From an uncultured delta proteobacterium (GTDB lineage: Bacteria > Desulfobacterota > Desulfobacteria > Desulfobacterales > SG8-13), in contig CAWGUE010000011.1 in assembly GCA_963825595.1 (NCBI GenBank), positions 25,267 to 89,266 of the forward strand: DNA of 64,000 nucleotides. The letters run 5' to 3'. Below the pieces are notes generated by a model. That model searched no databases, was not told the origin of the DNA, and saw only the letters and a list, made by a program, of their open reading frames with translations. This document shows positions 53,175 through 63,033 of this stretch, piece by piece. Made by a program: the position numbers and the translations under genes. Numbering within the stretch: position 1 is the stretch's first letter; every line of letters begins with the position of its first letter.

Positions 53175-54137
53175 ATGGATGAGTTTGGAAAGACCATAGA
53201 CGAAACCTGCCCCCACTGCGGCGAAGCGGTCAGAGAAAATTGGAAATTCTGTCCCGCATGCGAAGCGCCTCTGGGATACGTATGTCCGCAGTGCCAAAGG
53301 CCGGCCAAAGAAAACTGGAAACGATGTCCTGAGTGTGAGGCGCGCATTGTCTGTCGGTCATGCGGCCGGCGGATTCAGTCCGGGCATGCCGACTGTGAAG
53401 CCTGTTCGGGCGGGATTAAACCGACGGATCCACCTGAAAAGAGCCTTATCGAACCGGTCACCGGTATCGAGTTCGTTGCCGTACCTCGCGGCAGTTTTAT
53501 GATGGGGGATCTCTTCGATGAGGGTCTCGAGAATGAAAAACCGGCCCACGACGTTCGACTGGACCGCTTCTACATCGGCAAATATCCGGTTACTCAGCGG
53601 CAATGGCATGGCCTGATGCCCGAAAACAACAGCCGATTTATGGGCGACACGCTTCCGGTGGAGCAGGTTACCTGGGACGAGGTGCAAATTTTTATCAAAA
53701 GGATCTCAGAGGCTGTCTCCAGTGATTACAGGGTCGATCTGCCCACCGAGGCCCAATGGGAATACGCGGCCAGAAGCGGCGGACGAAACGAGACGTATGC
53801 CGGGTCCGATACGGCAGACCCGGTGGCCTGGTATGACGAAAACAGCCGCAGCACCACCCATCCGGTGGGAATGAAGGCGCCTAACGGCCTGGGGCTATAC
53901 GATATGTGCGGCAACGTGTGGGAATGGTGCCGGGACAATTTCAAGTCCGATGCCTATCGGCATCACAAACGGGAGAATCCCGCGGTTGTTGGCCCTGGGC
54001 GCGATCGGGTGATTCGGGGCGGCGGCTGGAATGTCGACAGCTGGAGCGTGCGCTGCGCGAGGCGCTCCAATTTGCCGCGCGAACTGTACGGTCCGGGTCT
54101 CGGCTTTCGATTGGTGCTCACCGTCCGTGAAAGTTAG
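53175..54137 (+). CDS. Formylglycine-generating enzyme (SUMF1/FGE-sulfatase) family protein with N-terminal zinc-ribbon repeats
   Basis: N-terminus CPHCGE..CPACE, CPQCQR..CPECE, CRSCGR..CEAC. The FGE-like core is FMMGD...EKPAHDVRLDRFYIGKYPVTQRQW...TEAQWEYAAR...GLYDMCGNVWEWCRD...RVIRGGGW. Confidence 0.8.
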   Translation: MDEFGKTIDETCPHCGEAVRENWKFCPACEAPLGYVCPQCQRPAKENWKRCPECEARIVCRSCGRRIQSGHADCEACSGGIKPTDPPEKSLIEPVTGIEFVAVPRGSFMMGDLFDEGLENEKPAHDVRLDRFYIGKYPVTQRQWHGLMPENNSRFMGDTLPVEQVTWDEVQIFIKRISEAVSSDYRVDLPTEAQWEYAARSGGRNETYAGSDTADPVAWYDENSRSTTHPVGMKAPNGLGLYDMCGNVWEWCRDNFKSDAYRHHKRENPAVVGPGRDRVIRGGGWNVDSWSVRCARRSNLPRELYGPGLGFRLVLTVRES

Positions 54138-54146
54138 GGAGAGAAT

Positions 54147-54836
54147 ATGGCAGCGACGCCCGAAGAACCCAATAAGTTTGGAACAGAGCCGAAGCGCGTA
54201 ATGGTCTGGGATCTTCCCACCCGACTTTTCCACTGGCTGCTGGTGGTTTTTGTTGTCGTCTCCTTTACGACAGTGAACATAGGCGGCAACGCGATGCCGT
54301 ACCATCAAAAAAGTGGGTACATAATTCTGGCACTGTTACTATTTCGAGTTGGCTGGGGATTTTTTGGCAGCCGGACATCACGATTCGCTACTTTTGTTTG
54401 CTCACCAGCAGCGGTTCTGCGCTATGCTTCGGGATTGCTGCATCGGGCATCGCCTAAACACCTCGGCCACAATCCTTTGGGCGGCTGGTCGATCATTGCC
54501 ACGCTGCTGGCGCTCTTGCTCCAAGCTGGTACCGGTCTGTTCGCCAACGACGACATCTTTACCGAAGGTCCGTTGGCCCACCTGGTGAGCAAAGCCGCCA
54601 GCGACTGGTTAACCCGGATCCACAGGCTCAATTCGGATTTGATCGTCATCCTGGTTGTTATCCACGTCATGGCGATCATCTTTTATCTACTGGTCAAACG
54701 AGACAACCTGATCACACCAATGATCACCGGTTTCAAGATGTGGTCCGGCAGGGTGCACTCATCCGGCGGGCATCCCTGGGCAGCTGTGGGGTTGGCTCTG
54801 CTTTCCGCCCTTGCCGTTTATCTGCTTGTAGGCTGA
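54147..54836 (+). CDS. Cytochrome b561 / Ni-Fe-hydrogenase b-type cytochrome family membrane protein
   Basis: VWDLPTRLFHWLLVVFVVVSF, four TM segments, and conserved His residues (HW.., GHNPLGG, VIHVMA). Confidence 0.75.
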   Translation: MAATPEEPNKFGTEPKRVMVWDLPTRLFHWLLVVFVVVSFTTVNIGGNAMPYHQKSGYIILALLLFRVGWGFFGSRTSRFATFVCSPAAVLRYASGLLHRASPKHLGHNPLGGWSIIATLLALLLQAGTGLFANDDIFTEGPLAHLVSKAASDWLTRIHRLNSDLIVILVVIHVMAIIFYLLVKRDNLITPMITGFKMWSGRVHSSGGHPWAAVGLALLSALAVYLLVG

Positions 54837-54886
54837 TTCGACTCTCCGAAAATAAACGCTCTCTGCTGTATTCGGTGAATTTCGAA

Positions 54887-55345
54887 TTATTGCGATCGAA
54901 ATTTCTCGTGGCAGCTTTTGCAACTCTTGGCCACCTCGCCGAACGGCGCTTTGATGTCATCGAGATTGCCTTGCTTGGCTGCATCGGCAAGCTTGGAGGT
55001 CGCGGCTTCCAGATTGCCCGCAGCCTGCTTGAATTGATCCGGCTCCGAAAAAGCGCTCGATTTTAATTTGGTTTTGCCTTTGTCGGTTCCCGGGACGGCA
55101 AATGCTTCCCACGGTAATTTTGAAAAAGTTTCGACCAGAACGGCATTTTGTAAAACACCGTCAGGTTCGTACGGGCTCTGCCCCTTGATTACTGCGGCGA
55201 TGCGGCCGAAATGATTTGCGATCAGGACCATGACCGCCTGACGATACTCGATGGCATCCTCGGGTCGATTGAACTGCGCATGCGCGGTGCCGATAATTCC
55301 GATTGCCAAAGCTGACACCATGAATACTCGCGTCTTTTTTTGCAT
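54887..55345 (-). CDS. Cytochrome c' (class II c-type cytochrome)
   Basis: Signal peptide, a four-helix-type sequence, and the heme motif CKSCHEKFR at the extreme C-terminus. Confidence 0.75.
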   Translation of the reverse strand: MQKKTRVFMVSALAIGIIGTAHAQFNRPEDAIEYRQAVMVLIANHFGRIAAVIKGQSPYEPDGVLQNAVLVETFSKLPWEAFAVPGTDKGKTKLKSSAFSEPDQFKQAAGNLEAATSKLADAAKQGNLDDIKAPFGEVAKSCKSCHEKFRSQ

Positions 55346-55594
55346 ATGTCCTCCTCGGTTTGTTTTGATTGGGACGTTTTGGGCTTTTCAGGCGGTTCGC
55401 CTCTTGGCGATTCCAAAAAATACAGGTTTCACAGGGTAGGGCCTTCACCGTTTATCATCTTGGTCAACACTGGCAAAATGGAATGGGCTTGTCAAGGGGC
55501 GAAATAACGGCAAAATTCGGTCCGGCCGATCGCTTAATTTACTGACTCTCGGCCGCTTCCTTATGGACGATTCCGTTGTGATTTTGTAAACAAG

Positions 55595-55621
55595 CAAGGG
55601 CAGCCACCATGGCTGCCCTTG
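55595..55621 (-). terminator. Possible terminator hairpin downstream of the PilZ gene
   Basis: caagggcagcc-N5-ggctgcccttg is an 11-bp stem. On the minus strand it is followed by cttgttt. A second inverted repeat, agagaaattt/aaatttctct, lies at about 55633-55665. Confidence 0.35.
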
Positions 55622-55966
55622 AAGGGAGGAATACAGAGAAATTTGAGGATTGTTGCGAAAATTTCTCTATTACACTGACTTTAATGCAAAATTCATGCGC
55701 AATAAAACAATAATGTGTTTTAAATAATATAACAAAAGGTTAGGGCGCATTTGGACCATCATCGGATATTATATAGGGAAATTAGCGCTCAATATCTATG
55801 AAAATCAGGTGATACGTTAACTTATTATTCATAAAATCCAAGCGTGCGGCGAGATAGTCGACTCAAAATGCTATGACGGCGAACAAATTACCTGATGAGC
55901 GATATTGTATATGGTTTTCAATCAATGCCAGCGCACAGGCGGTTTCACCGACCAGGGTCGGCGGTT

Positions 55967-56635
55967 CTATACCTTCAAGATTCCAAGGAGTCGGACACCG
56001 AATCCGAATGTTGACTGATGGATTATTTGGGCCCTTATCATAACCCCGTTGTCAAACTTCGTGCCGGGAACAACAAGCCGAATATGTTGGTTCACTTTCA
56101 AACGGCTTTTGGATTCAATAAAGATTCCACCCCGGCTGATATCACGGATCAATCCCCTGTAGATATTGTTTTCGGCAGCGAAATATACGGCTGTCGCCAT
56201 TTGTTTTCTATCGAATTTTCTTAAATCTTTTGTTCTCAGCTCTTTGTTTACCGCCGTAATCAGATCCCGATATTGCGGAATATCGCAATAATATTGCTCC
56301 GTATATTCGGGAAAGACACCAATCGGATCCAGGTGTTGGACTCCATAGGAATATCTGTAGCGGGAACGAAATACATCCTTGCGCCATTTGATCTTAACTT
56401 TATGACATTCATAGGTATGGGGGGTAGTGGAATAGGGTGAATCCGCAAGGCCGATAAATATGACATCATCAAGCGTAATCAGGGTGTTGGACTCAAAATT
56501 GAATCCCCCCATGCTGTAGTTGTGCATCAGACCGATAACGACTGTACCCGTTATGAGACTTTCCCTGACGATTCGGCTGCGATGGGCATATCGTCCATTC
56601 TGACGGTTATCTTTTTTAATTTTGGCTCTTTTCAT
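55967..56635 (-). CDS. PilZ domain-containing protein (two PilZ-like halves)
   Basis: C-terminal half: RKFDRKQMATAV...GLIRDISRGGIFIES (RxxxR ... DxSxxG). N-terminal half: RSRIVRE...NYSMGGFNFES. The gene is visibly AT-richer than its surroundings. Confidence 0.65.
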   Translation of the reverse strand: MKRAKIKKDNRQNGRYAHRSRIVRESLITGTVVIGLMHNYSMGGFNFESNTLITLDDVIFIGLADSPYSTTPHTYECHKVKIKWRKDVFRSRYRYSYGVQHLDPIGVFPEYTEQYYCDIPQYRDLITAVNKELRTKDLRKFDRKQMATAVYFAAENNIYRGLIRDISRGGIFIESKSRLKVNQHIRLVVPGTKFDNGVMIRAQIIHQSTFGFGVRLLGILKV

Positions 56636-57079
56636 CGTTTACGTCTCTGTGAGAATAACGAATCCTCTCAGAAAACATAGGGCAAAGACCGTGCCACATA
56701 TTATTAAAGCAAAAATATACAAATATAACAGATAGATATACAAATTATGATCCATGGAGATAAAACAGCTTTGCATCAAGAATTGGGTGTTTTGCCGCAC
56801 TTTTTTTGCGGAAAAACACCCAATGGCCCGGGTGCGGGGTCCCTTTGATGTTAAAAGACAACGCTTTCATTCAGTGGAATCGAATGTTACACTTCTAATG
56901 AAGTGGGGTTATAATTGATCGGCTGGTTCCGGATCCAAATTCCGGATAGCTTCCGGTTGAACTCGCAGAAGTGCGAATTAACATGAAGTATGATGAGGCT
57001 TTGCATACAAATACAATCCAACATCCATGAATGGGATACCTTAATATTCCATCGACTTTCCGTTGATTGGACCGATTGA

Positions 57080-57445
57080 TTGAGGGGACCATTGAGGGAA
57101 TACAAAACAGGAAGTGATTCAGCAGATAAACCTACGGAGGGTAGAAATGCCACCAGCCCTGATTGCAACGCCGTGGTGCGAATCAGCGGTATACCCATCC
57201 ATCAGTTCAAACTCAAAGACATATCCCGCAACGGCACGTGTTTCTTAGTTGCAGAGGAGTCATCAATTCTACGGCACTTGCATGCGGGAATGGAAATAGA
57301 AATTCAGTTCCACTTAGCCGATAGCGAAGACCCGAGCGAATTTCACCGATCCGAGATCATGCATATCACCAGAGCCAATCAAGGCCAGTTCAAGGGATAT
57401 TGTTTTGTAGGCGTGCGGATCGTCAGCCGGTTGAAGGTAAGATAG
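57080..57445 (+). CDS. PilZ-like domain protein (degenerate motifs); start uncertain
   Basis: VVRISGIPIHQFKLKDISRNGTCFLV resembles the DxSxxG half of PilZ. There is no clear RxxxR. The track start is a TTG. Confidence 0.4.
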   Translation: MRGPLREYKTGSDSADKPTEGRNATSPDCNAVVRISGIPIHQFKLKDISRNGTCFLVAEESSILRHLHAGMEIEIQFHLADSEDPSEFHRSEIMHITRANQGQFKGYCFVGVRIVSRLKVR

Positions 57446-57484
57446 GGTCGCCACCATTGTCGGCCGGCAATGAAGAAGGATTCG

Positions 57485-57964
57485 TCAGAAGACAACCTTG
57501 ACCATCAAATATATCTCCCAAACCACTACGGATGCAAATGCGGTTATAATCAGCGGAAAAACCGATCGAATGTGAAACTGGCCCCCCCGCAAGACAACAC
57601 TGCCGTATACCAACAGAATAAATACCGACAGGCTGGTCAGAGCATATTTAACTGCCAGGAATGCCTGAGGACCAATGTTAAGGTAGTAGGCCATAATGGG
57701 GTTCAGCTCGACGGCGCCGTTACGGATCAATATCACGGTCAGAAAGGCGTCGATCACACTTAAAATCAGTATGGTAACGACGAACCACAGTGAAGCCGAG
57801 CTGTAGCGATCGAAGTAAACGATCCCACTTTTATCATTGCTTCGCCGCGTATGTTCGCGCTTACCGCTGATCAACGGTTTAACGACGTTGAATTTCGGTC
57901 TGTTGCGTCGATCTTTGCCTGATCGGCGATCCAGGTTGAATCGATATGTCGGACGAAGGTTCAT
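57485..57964 (-). CDS. DUF5658-like membrane protein with basic cytoplasmic N-terminus
   Basis: Arg/Lys-rich N-terminal ~60 aa, then four TM segments including DAFLTVILIRNGAVELNPIMAYYL (E-x-NP motif as I recall for DUF5658). Confidence 0.5.
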   Translation of the reverse strand: MNLRPTYRFNLDRRSGKDRRNRPKFNVVKPLISGKREHTRRSNDKSGIVYFDRYSSASLWFVVTILILSVIDAFLTVILIRNGAVELNPIMAYYLNIGPQAFLAVKYALTSLSVFILLVYGSVVLRGGQFHIRSVFPLIITAFASVVVWEIYLMVKVVF

Positions 57965-58388
57965 GTCAATATGACCTGTTAGACCATAGAAAGCGCTGTC
58001 TGTCTTGACTCTTAAAGTTCGGCCGGATTGGGATGGATCCCCATTTCAAATCTGCCAACGGGACAACCGATGTAAAGCAAGAAATATGCCTCTGAAGGTG
58101 GACATGCGCATTGCGACTTATTCTAATTGATTTTAGACGCTTGAAGGTTATGAGAGGTTGCGGAGTACCGGTCGGAGACCCGGCGCTGTGTAATAATTAC
58201 CCTATTTTCGATGTAATTGACTTCATTAACATCATCAGCGGGGATCCAAAACCCGCTGATTTCACGCCCCGCATTGGCCTATTTGCAAAATGGATATTTT
58301 TAATATTTATTATAATACACATGAATTTATGGAATCAAAGACAAACCCGATTTTTCGACGGTATCAAACAGAGCAAAGGAAGAGCTGA

Positions 58389-60200
58389 ATGAGCACCAAA
58401 CGGATTCCGGCCAGGACGAGTATTTCCGATAATGACAAATGGGACCTGACACCGCTTTTTAATAATGACGACGAATGGACCGAGCTTCATGCCACTATTG
58501 AGCAAGAGTTTGAAATTTACAACCAATTCAGCGGCCGACTGCAAGAATCGGCGGCGGTGTTAAGTCAAAGTATTGAATTTCACTTGTCGATTCTTCAACG
58601 CCTCGACCGTCTTTATACCTATGCCCACTTGCGAAGTGATCAGGACAAATCCGACCAATTTTACTTGGGCCTTCTTCAACGGGCAACCAATTTGGTGACA
58701 CGTGCATCTGAGGTCGCCAGCTTCTTGACTCCGGAAATTCAATCCATACCGGATAGGCTCGTAGAGCGTTTTGTCGAAAATACATCTTTACAGTCCTACC
58801 GTTTTTATCTCGAAAAAATCCTGCGCAACAAACCGCACACGCTTGGTCCCTCGGAAGAAAAACTTCTTGCCATGGGACTCGAGGTAACCCAGGCTCCGTT
58901 TCAGATTTTCAGTCAGTTGGACAATGTGGACCTCGACTTCGGCACGCTGACGGATGAAAAAGGCCGGGAACTCGAGTTGAGCCACGGAAACTTCATTACC
59001 CTTTTAACCTCCGCGAAACAAAGCGTTCGCCGGAATGCCTTTTTTCAATACTACGCTGCCTATGAGGCCCACAAAAATACACTGGCTGCAAGCCTCGCTT
59101 ATTCCGTTAAAAAGGATCTTTTCTACAGCCGGGCGAGACGCTTCCCCAGTTGCCGGTCGGCAAGCCTTTTTGAAGACAATATACCGGAATCGGTGTATGA
59201 CGACCTTATCACAAACGTACGGGATCATCTGCCGCCACTGTTCGCATACCTGAAATTGAAACAACAGTCGTTAAGGCTGCCGGAACTTCATTTCTACGAC
59301 ACTTATGTTCCGATCATCGCGGATGTTTCCCTTCACATGCCTTACGAAGAGGCCGTCGAGGTCGGGGTCAAAGCCCTCGAACCTCTTGGCGCCGCCTACA
59401 CCGGTGATCTCAAAGAGGGGCTTCTAGGGGGCTGGGTGGACCGCTACGAAAACCGCGGGAAACGCAGTGGTGCCTATTCATCCGGCTGCTACGATTCACC
59501 GCCGTATATCTTGTTGAATTACGACGAAAACAGTATCAACAGTCTCTACACCTTGGTGCACGAGGCCGGCCACTCCATGCACTCCCTGTATGCAAGGAAT
59601 CATCAACCGTATGTCGATCATGGATACACCATTTTTGTCGCAGAGGTTGCTTCGACTTTAAACGAAATCTTGCTTAGCCGTCATCTGTTGAATCACTATG
59701 AGGGTAACCCTCGATTGCAAGCGTATGTCCTCAATCGTGAAATCGATAACATTCGAGCGACACTTTTTCGCCAAACCATGTTCGCCGAATTTGAACAAAT
59801 CATCCATCAGATGGTCGAGAACCACCACTCATTAACCTTGGCGGACATCGTGAAAGTTTACGATGACCTGCTCCAGGCTTATTTCGGTGGTGCAATGGTC
59901 ATCGATCAACAGTTAAAATTGGAATGCTTGCGAATCCCCCATTTTTACTCTGCATTCTACGTTTACAAATACGCCACGGGCATTTCTGCAGCCATCGCGC
60001 TGGCTGAAAAGATCGCCGGGGAAGGGGAACCGGCCCGTGAATCCTATTTGAACTTTCTAAGCCTTGGCGGGAGCAAATTTCCCCTGGACGCGCTCAAAAC
60101 CGCCGGAGTGGATATGCGATCAACGGAGCCCGTGAGCCTGGCCTGTCGGCATTTTGAAAACCTGGTAGATCACTTAATTACCGTAATTCGGAAGCTGTAG
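58389..60200 (+). CDS. pepF: Oligoendopeptidase F (M3B family)
   Basis: N-terminus DKWDLTPLF, zinc motif HEAGHSMHS, length 603 aa. Confidence 0.85.
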   Translation: MSTKRIPARTSISDNDKWDLTPLFNNDDEWTELHATIEQEFEIYNQFSGRLQESAAVLSQSIEFHLSILQRLDRLYTYAHLRSDQDKSDQFYLGLLQRATNLVTRASEVASFLTPEIQSIPDRLVERFVENTSLQSYRFYLEKILRNKPHTLGPSEEKLLAMGLEVTQAPFQIFSQLDNVDLDFGTLTDEKGRELELSHGNFITLLTSAKQSVRRNAFFQYYAAYEAHKNTLAASLAYSVKKDLFYSRARRFPSCRSASLFEDNIPESVYDDLITNVRDHLPPLFAYLKLKQQSLRLPELHFYDTYVPIIADVSLHMPYEEAVEVGVKALEPLGAAYTGDLKEGLLGGWVDRYENRGKRSGAYSSGCYDSPPYILLNYDENSINSLYTLVHEAGHSMHSLYARNHQPYVDHGYTIFVAEVASTLNEILLSRHLLNHYEGNPRLQAYVLNREIDNIRATLFRQTMFAEFEQIIHQMVENHHSLTLADIVKVYDDLLQAYFGGAMVIDQQLKLECLRIPHFYSAFYVYKYATGISAAIALAEKIAGEGEPARESYLNFLSLGGSKFPLDALKTAGVDMRSTEPVSLACRHFENLVDHLITVIRKL

Positions 60201-60564
60201 GCGCTATCCGACCGATTGGGGGCAGCCATGATGGTGAGCGGCATTCGCTCAGGGTTTTTACAAGATTGGAAATATGGATCATAAGAATTGAATCCCCCGT
60301 CATGCCACCAGACGGTGGTTCAGCTTGGCATTTGATGCTGGAGGCCATTCGCAGCCAGCAAGCATTGCTTCCGCTGTCCGACAATATGAATCCGGCTTCG
60401 AACGCCCCAATTGCAATTGCCGATCAGGCGCAAAGGATGTTATACTAACCGTAGGGCGTTGAAAAATGGCGACGGCATCGAGAGGAAAGATCGCGTTGAA
60501 AAATTGCCGGGCGTCTATCGAAACGATTCGTTTCTCCTGGCGGCCGAAGCGGAGAGAAAAAGGA

Positions 60565-61680
60565 ATGAGCAGCTCTGAAATCGTTTTCCGGATAGTGGAA
60601 AACCGCAAGTGTCCTTGTTACAGCAAGGGGGATGAATTCAAATTATCAGGCAATGCCCTGCTACTGAAGTTGAAACGTGAAAAAACCTTCATTTCCACAG
60701 CGGTCATTACCCCACCTCACGAGAAAAAGACCTGCCGGATTCTCGTCGCCGATCTCACCCGCATTCTGGTCAACCATGAGAGTGTCGATCGAATTCCCGG
60801 CAAGGCCATTGAGTGCAGCGGGTGCACGGGGAGCATAAAAATCGAACCCCTACCGCGTCATCGCACCCGAGATTCCGGTACTGGAAAGGACCGCAGTCGA
60901 AAAATCGATGCAGTGGCCGGCCTACTCAGTAATTTCTCTATATTTCAGGCGCTTGACCGTCAGAACCTGAGAGAAATCGTTGCATTGTTGAAGTTGAAGA
61001 AATTCGCCCGCGATGAGACTATTTTAAAAAAGGGTGATCCGGCCCAACATCTTTACATCATTCTTGCCGGTACGGCGAATGTTCTCGACGATAAAGGTGT
61101 CCGGCTTTCATCCCTGCAGAAAGGCGATGTCTTTGGTGAGATGAGCCTGATTAGCGGCGAACCGGTCGGGGCAACAATCAGGGTCGTGGAACCGGCCACG
61201 ATTATTTTCATCAAAGGGCAGGATTTCAAACAGATACTGAACAAATTCCCATCGATTCAAATGTATCTGGCCAGACTGCTGGCCCAACGCCTGGCAAAAT
61301 CGAATCTGACCGTTGCCGAAGAAATCACCTCCGGAATGATGGGGCATCTTTCGGAAATGCCCCCGGCGGAGATTTTCCAAACCCTGAACTTGAATCAGAA
61401 GACCGGTCGGCTGTCTCTGATACTGTCTGATGGTACGGGAAAGTTGTCTTTCCGCGAGGGCGAACTGGTAGCCGCCACGTACAACGAGAAAAGCGGCAAG
61501 GAAGCGTTTTTCAAACTCCTCAAGGAAACTGACGGACGATTCAGGTTTCAGCAGGCATTGTCGGAAAATGAAAAAACAGCGCCTGTGCTCGGTACCTTCA
61601 TGGAGATTCTGCTGGAAGGGCTGCGGCGAATGGACGAGGAAAGAAACGCTCAAGAACATACCGGACCGGTTCTCGTTTAA
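60565..61680 (+). CDS. Signalling protein: N-terminal Cys-containing module + cyclic-nucleotide-binding-like domain + DUF4388 (PATAN-type) domain
   Basis: ATG at 60565 after an AAGGA RBS. cNMP-like FQALDRQNLREI...GDVFGEMSLISGEPVGATIRVVE. DUF4388-like GHLSEMPPAEIFQTLNLNQKTGRLSL...GELVAATYNEKSGKEAFFKLLKETDGRFRF. Confidence 0.65.
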   Translation: MSSSEIVFRIVENRKCPCYSKGDEFKLSGNALLLKLKREKTFISTAVITPPHEKKTCRILVADLTRILVNHESVDRIPGKAIECSGCTGSIKIEPLPRHRTRDSGTGKDRSRKIDAVAGLLSNFSIFQALDRQNLREIVALLKLKKFARDETILKKGDPAQHLYIILAGTANVLDDKGVRLSSLQKGDVFGEMSLISGEPVGATIRVVEPATIIFIKGQDFKQILNKFPSIQMYLARLLAQRLAKSNLTVAEEITSGMMGHLSEMPPAEIFQTLNLNQKTGRLSLILSDGTGKLSFREGELVAATYNEKSGKEAFFKLLKETDGRFRFQQALSENEKTAPVLGTFMEILLEGLRRMDEERNAQEHTGPVLV

Positions 61681-61922
61681 ATGGATGGCCGCACGAACAG
61701 CGCCGATGGAATGTGCCAAGGAAAACCGCAGTGTCGTCAGCCCGAAAATGCATAACATCTTTTTTCAGGACCAAACAAGATAAAAGCAACCACGAGCCTT
61801 AGATCGAGTTTTGAAACCACTTCTCGCGATAAATGACCCCAACTGTGCCTCTCTGTGCCACAGTCATGAGTGCTCCCAGCATGTGATATGTCCGGTACAA
61901 TTGATCGGGACCTGACGAATCG

Positions 61923-62957
61923 ATGATAATCTACGATCCAGAACAGACCGTAAGCTTTATTGAGTTCGGCATCCAGATTCCTGTCATGGATAGCCGGGCG
62001 CGGCGAACGTTCGAAAACCTGAAAGCGCATCCTTTGACCGGACCGCGGTTGGCGGAGTGGTACACACCCAAAAATCAGCAGTTACTGGATCGGATGGACC
62101 TCGAACGCGTGCATGATCCGGCCTATGTCGATCGATTGTTTTCAGACAAACTCGAAGCGGAAATTATCAAAACCTATGAATTGGTCGATCCGCAGGGGCG
62201 GTATAATCGTTACGACCCAGCCGCTGCAACCCAACCGCTGACAAAATTGTTCGACCGCATTCAGGAGCGGGTTTACGGTACCTGGCAGTGCTGCAACGTG
62301 GCTTTGGAGAAGGGCTTCTGTTTTTATTTCGGCGGGGGCATGCATCACGCCCAGAAATCTTTTGGAAATGGATTCTGCCTTCTGAATGACATCGTTATTG
62401 CGGTTCGCAAGCTGCAGGCGGAGAACCGGATTCAGACCGCATGGGTCATTGACACCGATGCCCACAAAGGTGACGGCACTGCCGCCCTCACCGCCGACGA
62501 TTCCTCCATCGTTACCCTCAGTATACACATGGGGCGGGGCTGGCCGCTCGATGGTCCGTCGCATGATGCGGCGGGCAGAATCAATCCGTCTTTTATCACC
62601 AGCGACATCGATATCCCTGTTTATGCCGGAGAAGAACCGCTTTACATCACAAAACTCAATGACGGTCTGGGAAAATTGGATGCCCGGCCCATTCCCGAAC
62701 TGGCGGTGGTCGTTTTCGGCGCCGATCCCTACGAAAGAGATGAACTGCCATCCACCGCCGAATTGAAGTTGAATCTGGAACAACTCCTTGCGCGCGATCA
62801 CCTGGTATACAAATTTCTGAAGGCCCGTCACATTCCCATGGCTTACCTGATGGCGGGCGGTTACGGTGAGAATAGTTGGCGGGTCTACACCCAGTTCCTG
62901 CAATGGGTGCTTGCCGATCGGCTCGCCATCGGGTCCTCATCGGGTGGGAGTGCTTGA
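61923..62957 (+). CDS. Histone deacetylase family (acetylpolyamine/acetoin-utilisation type) amidohydrolase
   Basis: GGGMHHAQKSFGNGFCLLNDI and VIDTDAHKGDGT metal-site motifs. Confidence 0.8.
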   Translation: MIIYDPEQTVSFIEFGIQIPVMDSRARRTFENLKAHPLTGPRLAEWYTPKNQQLLDRMDLERVHDPAYVDRLFSDKLEAEIIKTYELVDPQGRYNRYDPAAATQPLTKLFDRIQERVYGTWQCCNVALEKGFCFYFGGGMHHAQKSFGNGFCLLNDIVIAVRKLQAENRIQTAWVIDTDAHKGDGTAALTADDSSIVTLSIHMGRGWPLDGPSHDAAGRINPSFITSDIDIPVYAGEEPLYITKLNDGLGKLDARPIPELAVVVFGADPYERDELPSTAELKLNLEQLLARDHLVYKFLKARHIPMAYLMAGGYGENSWRVYTQFLQWVLADRLAIGSSSGGSA

Positions 62958-63033
62958 AAATCGAATATGCTGCGCCTTGTCATCGGCCGGCGCTTTGCCC
63001 TCGATCCTGAACTGAAATTTTAAAACCACTTAT

